Shown here in pieces: positions 58,117 through 64,000 of a stretch of 64,000 bases of DNA; positions within the stretch are counted from its first letter, which is position 1; the number at the start of each line of letters is the position of its first letter. Source of the DNA: an uncultured Chloroflexia bacterium (GTDB taxonomy: Bacteria > Chloroflexota > Limnocylindria > Limnocylindrales > CSP1-4); the NCBI GenBank assembly GCA_963741445.1, contig CAVUIE010000004.1, positions 187,756 to 251,755 of the forward strand, given 5' to 3'. Below the pieces are notes generated by a model. It searched no databases and was not told where the DNA came from. It was given only the letters and a program-made list of their open reading frames with translations. The position numbers and the translations under genes are program-made.

Positions 58117-58137
58117 GGGTCGTGGAGCGCGCCCGCG

Positions 58138-59690
<1,553 letters not shown>

Positions 59691-59707
59691 ATCCGCTCCC
59701 GTCTGGC

Positions 59708-59723
59708 GTCTTTGCGCAAGGAC
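59708..59723. promoter_or_regulatory. Palindrome copy 2: GTCTTTGcgCAAgGAC, about 18 bp upstream of the pccB start.
   Basis: The motif is seen directly in the sequence. Confidence 0.5.
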
Positions 59724-59765
59724 AGTGGCCATCATACCGGCGCGCGAGTGACCGATCCGGGTCGA

Positions 59766-59844
59766 GTTCTCCACATCGCGGATATCCACAGATTCGGTGA
59801 ACAACTCCGCGATGCTGTGGATAACCCGGGTCGCGTTAGCCACA
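59766..59844. promoter_or_regulatory. Cluster of four DnaA-box-like 9-mers in a GC-poorer stretch upstream of parA. It may be a DnaA-regulated par promoter or an origin-proximal element.
   Basis: TTCTCCACA lies at 59766-74 and ATATCCACA at 59782-90. TGTGGATAA at 59815-23 is the reverse complement of TTATCCACA, a perfect consensus. TTAGCCACA lies at 59836-44. Confidence 0.5.
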
Positions 59845-59929
59845 CGAAGGGCGTAGAGTTGCGCCCCACGCTTCCCCGTCCCCGCCGATGCGGGATGCCA
59901 AACGGACGACGATTCGAGGTGATGCCCCG

Positions 59930-60702
59930 GTGACGAACGTGATCGCGATCGCGAACCAGAAGGGCGGCGTCGGCAAGACGACCACCGCGATCAACCTCGC
60001 CGGTGCGCTTGCCGAAGAGGGCCATCGCGTCCTGTGCATCGACATGGATCCGCAGGCGAACCTGACGGCGGGTCTCGGCATCAACCTCAACACCGTCGAG
60101 CGCTCGATGGCGGATGTGCTCGCGGATGGACGGGCCACCCTGGAGGACGTGATCCTTCCGACCGAGATCGCCGGCATCGACGTCGCGCCGGCGCACATCG
60201 ACCTCGCGTCGACGGAGGGCGAGCTGTTCACGGCGCTCGGTCGCGAGCAGATCCTGCGCGAGGCGCTCGAGGGTCACGTGAGCGACGTACGAGTACGTGC
60301 TGATCGACTGCCCGCCCAACCTCGGCCTGCTGACGGTCAACGGGCTCGTCGCGGCGAACGGGGTGATCATCCCGGTCCAGACGCAGTACTACGCGATGAA
60401 GGGGCTCAACAACCTGGTGAAGGTCATCAACCTGATCCGGGTCAAGCTCAACCGCGACCTGCGGATCCTCGGCCTGCTGCCGACCTTCTTCGACGGCCGG
60501 ACCAACCTCGCGCGCGACATGCTCGACGAGCTGCGCGTCGTCGGCGACCACCACGTCTTCAACAGCATCGTGCGCAACACCGTCAAGCTCGGTGAGGCGC
60601 CGCTGGTCGGACGCCCCATCACGTCGTACGCCACCACGAGCGATGCCGCCCGCACCTATCGCGAGCTGGCACGGGAGGTGATCGACCTTGTCCCGGCCTG
60701 AT
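59930..60702 (+). CDS. parA: Chromosome partitioning ATPase ParA/Soj, with a single-base insertion near 60285.
   Basis: A GTG start sits behind a GAGGTGA RBS. '[46 protein letters not shown]' is the deviant Walker A. Then '[40 protein letters not shown]...' continues in the +1 frame. Confidence 0.85.
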
Positions 60703-61725
60703 TTCCGAGCCGCGGCCGCGCGGCGACTGTCCGAGGATCGCGAGCTCTCCCCCGCCATCGTCAGCCTGCTCGGCTCCGACGGGCCGGTCCGGTCGGTCGG
60801 CGTGCGCATCGTCGCCATCGATCGCATCGAGCCGAACCCCGAGCAGCCGCGTCTCGCGTTCGACCAGGCGACACTCGACGAGCTGGCCGCCTCCATCCGC
60901 GAGCATGGCGTCCTCCAGCCGATCCTCGTCCGCCCGCTCGACGGCACGCGCTTCCAGCTGATCGCCGGCGAGCGCCGCTGGCGCGCGTCGCGTCTCGCCG
61001 GGCTCGACACCATCCCGGCGCTGATCGAGGAGATCGACGACGACACGGCGCTCGAGATCGCGATCATCGAGAACCTCCAGCGCGAGGACCTCTCGCCGCT
61101 CGACGAAGCGGCGATGTACGACCGCATGGTGCGCGAGCACGGCTACAGCATCCGCAAGCTGGCCGACAAGCTCGGCAAGGACAAGGGCTATCTCGAGAAC
61201 CGCCTTCGCCTGGCCGACGCCCCGCCCGAGGTCCGCGAGCTGGTGTCCTTGCGCAAAGACACGCTCTCGCATGCCTACGAGCTGATGAAGGTCGACGACC
61301 CGCGCAAGCGACGACGGCTGGCCGCGCAGGTCGCCCGCGGCGAGCTGACGCTGGTCAAGCTCCGGGACAAGATCGAGGGCCGTCGCACCCGTCCGGCTCC
61401 CGACGAGCCGGCCGACCGAGCGTCGAGGTCGAGGTCGACTGGCCGGTCGGCCGCCGTCGCGGCCGCCGGCGCCGGCGCCGGCCGGCCCCCGAGGAGGACT
61501 GGTCGCCCGTCGCCCGGCAGCCGATCGGCGAGAACTCGCTGGTCGACGCGAAGCAGCGCCTCGGCGACGCGGTCGAGGAGCTGGTCGACGTCCTCCGCGA
61601 TCCCGACGGTGCGCCACTCGATCCCGGACACCGACCGGGCGAACCTCGCGAAGTACCTGACGATCTCGAAGCTCAAGCTCGAGAACGTGATCGCGATGGT
61701 CCGGAGCGACGAACCGGGCGGCTGA
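60688..61725 (+). CDS. parB: Chromosome partitioning protein ParB/Spo0J. There may be a frameshift in the low-complexity C-terminal third.
   Basis: A TTG start precedes 'IVAIDRIEPNPEQPRLAFDQATLDELAASIREHGVLQPILVRP...FQLIAGERRWRASRLAGLDTIPALIEE'. This includes the ParB box and HTH. Confidence 0.8.
   Translation: MSRPDFRAAAARRLSEDRELSPAIVSLLGSDGPVRSVGVRIVAIDRIEPNPEQPRLAFDQATLDELAASIREHGVLQPILVRPLDGTRFQLIAGERRWRASRLAGLDTIPALIEEIDDDTALEIAIIENLQREDLSPLDEAAMYDRMVREHGYSIRKLADKLGKDKGYLENRLRLADAPPEVRELVSLRKDTLSHAYELMKVDDPRKRRRLAAQVARGELTLVKLRDKIEGRRTRPAPDEPADRASRSRSTGRSAAVAAAGAGAGRPPRRTGRPSPGSRSARTRWSTRSSASATRSRSWSTSSAIPTVRHSIPDTDRANLAKYLTISKLKLENVIAMVRSDEPGG
61245..61260. promoter_or_regulatory. Palindrome copy 3: GTCcTTGcgCAAAGAC, inside the parB coding sequence (candidate parS-like site).
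   Basis: It encodes ...S-L-R-K-D... using the rare codons TTG and AAA in a genome whose codons are about 90% GC3. Confidence 0.5.
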
Positions 61726-61728
61726 CGA

Positions 61729-62590
61729 TCAGGACTGGGCGGTGACCACGCCCAGCCACCCGACCGCGAGCACCGCGATCCCGACGGCCTGGAGTTCCCA
61801 CGCGCGCTCGCGCCGCTCCGGCCGGGCCCGGTAGCCGAGCGGCGGCGCCCGCCAAGGAGCAGCCCCGCACCCGCGATGACCCCGACCAGGCGACGCGCCG
61901 GGCCGCAGACCCGGCCGCCACGGCGTCCAGCACCGGCCCCGCCGCCACGGCAAGGATCGCCACGATCAGGGCGAGCGCGAGCCACCACGAGCGCTCGAGG
62001 CCCGAGCGCGGTCGCCACGGAGGCGACGCCCGCCGCCCGGTCCCGCTCGACGTCCGCGCGGGCATTGGAGATCGCGACCACGGCCCCGGCGAGCACGGCC
62101 GCGATGACGAGGCGGCCCATGAACGACGGCAGCGACCCGGCGGCCCCGAGCCAGGCGAAGACCGGGAGGAGCGGGATCCCGACCGCGAACGGCGCCCACG
62201 ACCATGGCGTCCCCTTGAAGCGGAGGTCGTAGGCGTAGCCGATCGCGAGGATGACGGCCGCGACGGCCACGACGGCCGGCCCGGATGGCACGGCGAGCGC
62301 CAGACCAAGCGCCGCGGCCACCACCAGGCCGGCGCGCGCCCGACCGGGGCTCGACCAGCCCGGCCGGGATCGGCTTCGACGGCTTGCGGCCGGCGTCACG
62401 CGGCGCATCGACCACGTCGTTGAGGATCCCGATCGACGCCTGCAGGGCCGTCATCGAGACGCCGAGGCGCACCGCCGTCGGGCACGTCGCCCGCCGGCGA
62501 CGAGGGCGATCGCGGCCGTGGCGACCCCGTCGAGGAGCGACGGGAACGGGTGCGTGAGCCGGACCCAGCCGGCCAGGCGGCCGGCGAGGG
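61729..62590 (-). CDS. UbiA-family prenyltransferase, with frameshifts.
   Basis: The first Asp-rich motif 'LNDVVDAPRDAGRKPSKPIPAG' and multiple TM helices are present ('...AVVAVAAVILAIGYAYDLRFKGTPWSWAPFAVGIPLLPVFAWLG'). Confidence 0.7.
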
Positions 62591-62622
62591 ACCCCTCCCC
62601 CGGTCGAGGCGCTCCGGGCGCC

Positions 62623-62988
62623 TCAGACGTAGACGATCTCCTCGAAGTTCTCGACGAGATACTCGATGAGCCGGTCCCGGCCGTCCTTGACCTGGGCGTG
62701 GATGCCCGGGACGAGGGCGAACAGGGCGATCGCCGGCACCATCAGGTGGCCGTCGCGGTCGCGGCCGATGCTCGCCGGCGGCCCGCCACCGGAAGCGAAC
62801 ACCCGTTCGAAACTCGGCTCGTCCAGGCGGGCGGCGCGGCGGAAGTCCTCGACGACCCGGACCACGCCGCGGCGGATCGCCACGTCGCGCATGGTCTCGG
62901 CGGCCCAGGCGTCGATCTGGCCATCGCTCTGGTCCCCGAGACGGGTCCGGTATTCGCCCGGATCGCCCGACAGCCCGGTATCGCCCAC
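62623..62988 (-). CDS. Hypothetical protein of 121 aa. The gene is intact.
   Basis: 'MGDTGLSGDPGEYRTRLGDQSDGQIDAWAAETMRDVAIRRGVVRVVEDFRRAARLDEPSFERVF...LIEYLVENFEEIVYV' matches no domain I can name. Confidence 0.4.
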   Translation of the reverse strand: MGDTGLSGDPGEYRTRLGDQSDGQIDAWAAETMRDVAIRRGVVRVVEDFRRAARLDEPSFERVFASGGGPPASIGRDRDGHLMVPAIALFALVPGIHAQVKDGRDRLIEYLVENFEEIVYV

Positions 62989-63039
62989 GGTCCCTCCTGC
63001 GCCTGCGTCAACGGCCCGAAGTATGCCAGAGCACGCTCG

Positions 63040-63830
63040 TCAGGCGGCGGTCGGGGCGTCCGTCCGATCGGCCGCGGAGGCGGCCTGGGCCGCCTCGCGG
63101 GAGCCCTCCGGCCACTCGTTGAACTGCTCCGTCAGCCAGCGCCCGACCCGGCCCGGCGGCGCCACCGGTGGGGCGTCGCGGACGAGGTCGTGGAGACGGG
63201 TCCACAGCTCGGCGGTCAGGCCGTCGATCGCCTCACGGGTCGGCCGGCCGCTGACCGCGAACGGCTCCCCCACCACGACGCGGACCCGGCCGCCGAAGCG
63301 CAGCCAGCTCGTGCCGTTGATCGCGATCGGGACCAGCGGGACGCCCGAGCGGATCGCGAAGTACGCGGCGCCCTCGCTCAGCGGGCAGCAGGTCGGTCTC
63401 GCCGGGATGGATCCGGCCCTCGCCGGCGATCGCCACCACCCCGCCGCTGTCGATCGCGGCGGCCGACGCGCCGGGTCGCCTCGAGGAGGTCGTTCTTCCC
63501 GGGCTTGTACGGGATCGCCGTGCCGGTCCAGAACATCACCCGGTTCCGGCCGCCGACCCGCATGTCCTCCTCCTTCGGGCCGAAGAAGAAGAGGCGCGGC
63601 CGCCACGGCAGCGTCGCCATCAGCATGAACGGGTCCGACCAGCTCAGGTGGTTGAAGCAGTAGATCGCCGGGCCGGGCGGGAGCCGCTCGCGACCCTCCA
63701 GCCGCGGCCGCATCCAGGCGCGGGTCATCGTCGACGCCGCGATCCGGGACACGTAGTAGCGGATCGAGCGGCGGATCGGGTGGACCGCCGCGCCGGCCGG
63801 GGGCTTGTCGGCGCTCATGGCCGTGCTCAC
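63040..63830 (-). CDS. 1-acyl-sn-glycerol-3-phosphate acyltransferase (PlsC-like), with a frameshift.
   Basis: The HX4D motif reads 'CFNHLSWSDPFMLMATLPW...FFFGPKEE'. A later 'FAIRSGVPLVPIAINGT' lies in another frame. Confidence 0.6.
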
Positions 63831-63849
63831 GGGTCGGCGCTCGACCGCG

Positions 63850-64000
63850 TCGGGGTCGAGGTCGGCGAGCCGCTCGAGCACGAGGTCGGCGAAGTCGGTC
63901 GGCGCCCGGCGCCGGCGGGACGCTGTCGTTCGGGACGAGCACGACGGTCATCCCGGCCGCGCGCCCGGCCGCGGCCCCGTTCCGCGAGTCCTCGACCACG
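63850..64000 (-). CDS. HAD-family hydrolase. Only its C-terminal end falls in the window (partial).
   Basis: '...VEDSRNGAAAGRAAGMTVVLVPND' resembles HAD motif III with a trailing Asp. Confidence 0.35.

Overview
This is a very high-GC (about 72%, by eye) bacterial chromosomal window that consists almost entirely of housekeeping genes, most of them on the minus strand. The blocks it contains are a dpp-type oligopeptide ABC transporter, the glycine-cleavage operon, aconitase, a tRNA-Val between two DinB-like genes, a complete division/cell-wall (dcw) cluster, type-A RNase P RNA, a B. subtilis-type sdhCAB, isocitrate dehydrogenase, an ECF sigma module, sucCD, a methylmalonyl/propionyl-CoA block, parAB and ubiA. 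The gene content (ftsA, sbp and murB inside the dcw cluster; a single large SdhC anchor; type-A RNase P) tentatively suggests a deep-branching high-GC Gram-positive-type lineage such as Thermoleophilia or Rubrobacteria. This is an inference only.

The most unusual object is a roughly 3.6 kb internal fragment of a non-ribosomal peptide synthetase. It carries an A-domain core from motif A4 onward, a PCP, an epimerization domain and a partial condensation domain. It has no start, stop or mobile-element flanks. It sits in-frame inside murD, about 40 codons before the murD stop.

Many conserved essential genes (ftsZ, ftsA, sdhA, acnA, gcvP and others) are broken by single-base frameshifts, mostly at G or C homopolymer runs, while neighbouring genes such as murF, accC and the FAD oxidoreductase are intact. 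The most likely explanation is indel errors in the assembly. As a result the supplied six-frame ORF track is unreliable, and I called genes from local protein similarity instead.

Other signals:
- MraZ operator repeats and a promoter upstream of mraZ.
- A cluster of four DnaA boxes upstream of parA.
- Three copies of a 16-bp palindrome (consensus GTCTTTGCGCAAAGAC) around pccB, accC and parAB, one of them embedded in parB with rare codons, which looks parS-like.
- A small Cys-rich ORF that overlaps the 3' end of rnpB.

No CRISPR array, integrase or defence-system signature is visible.
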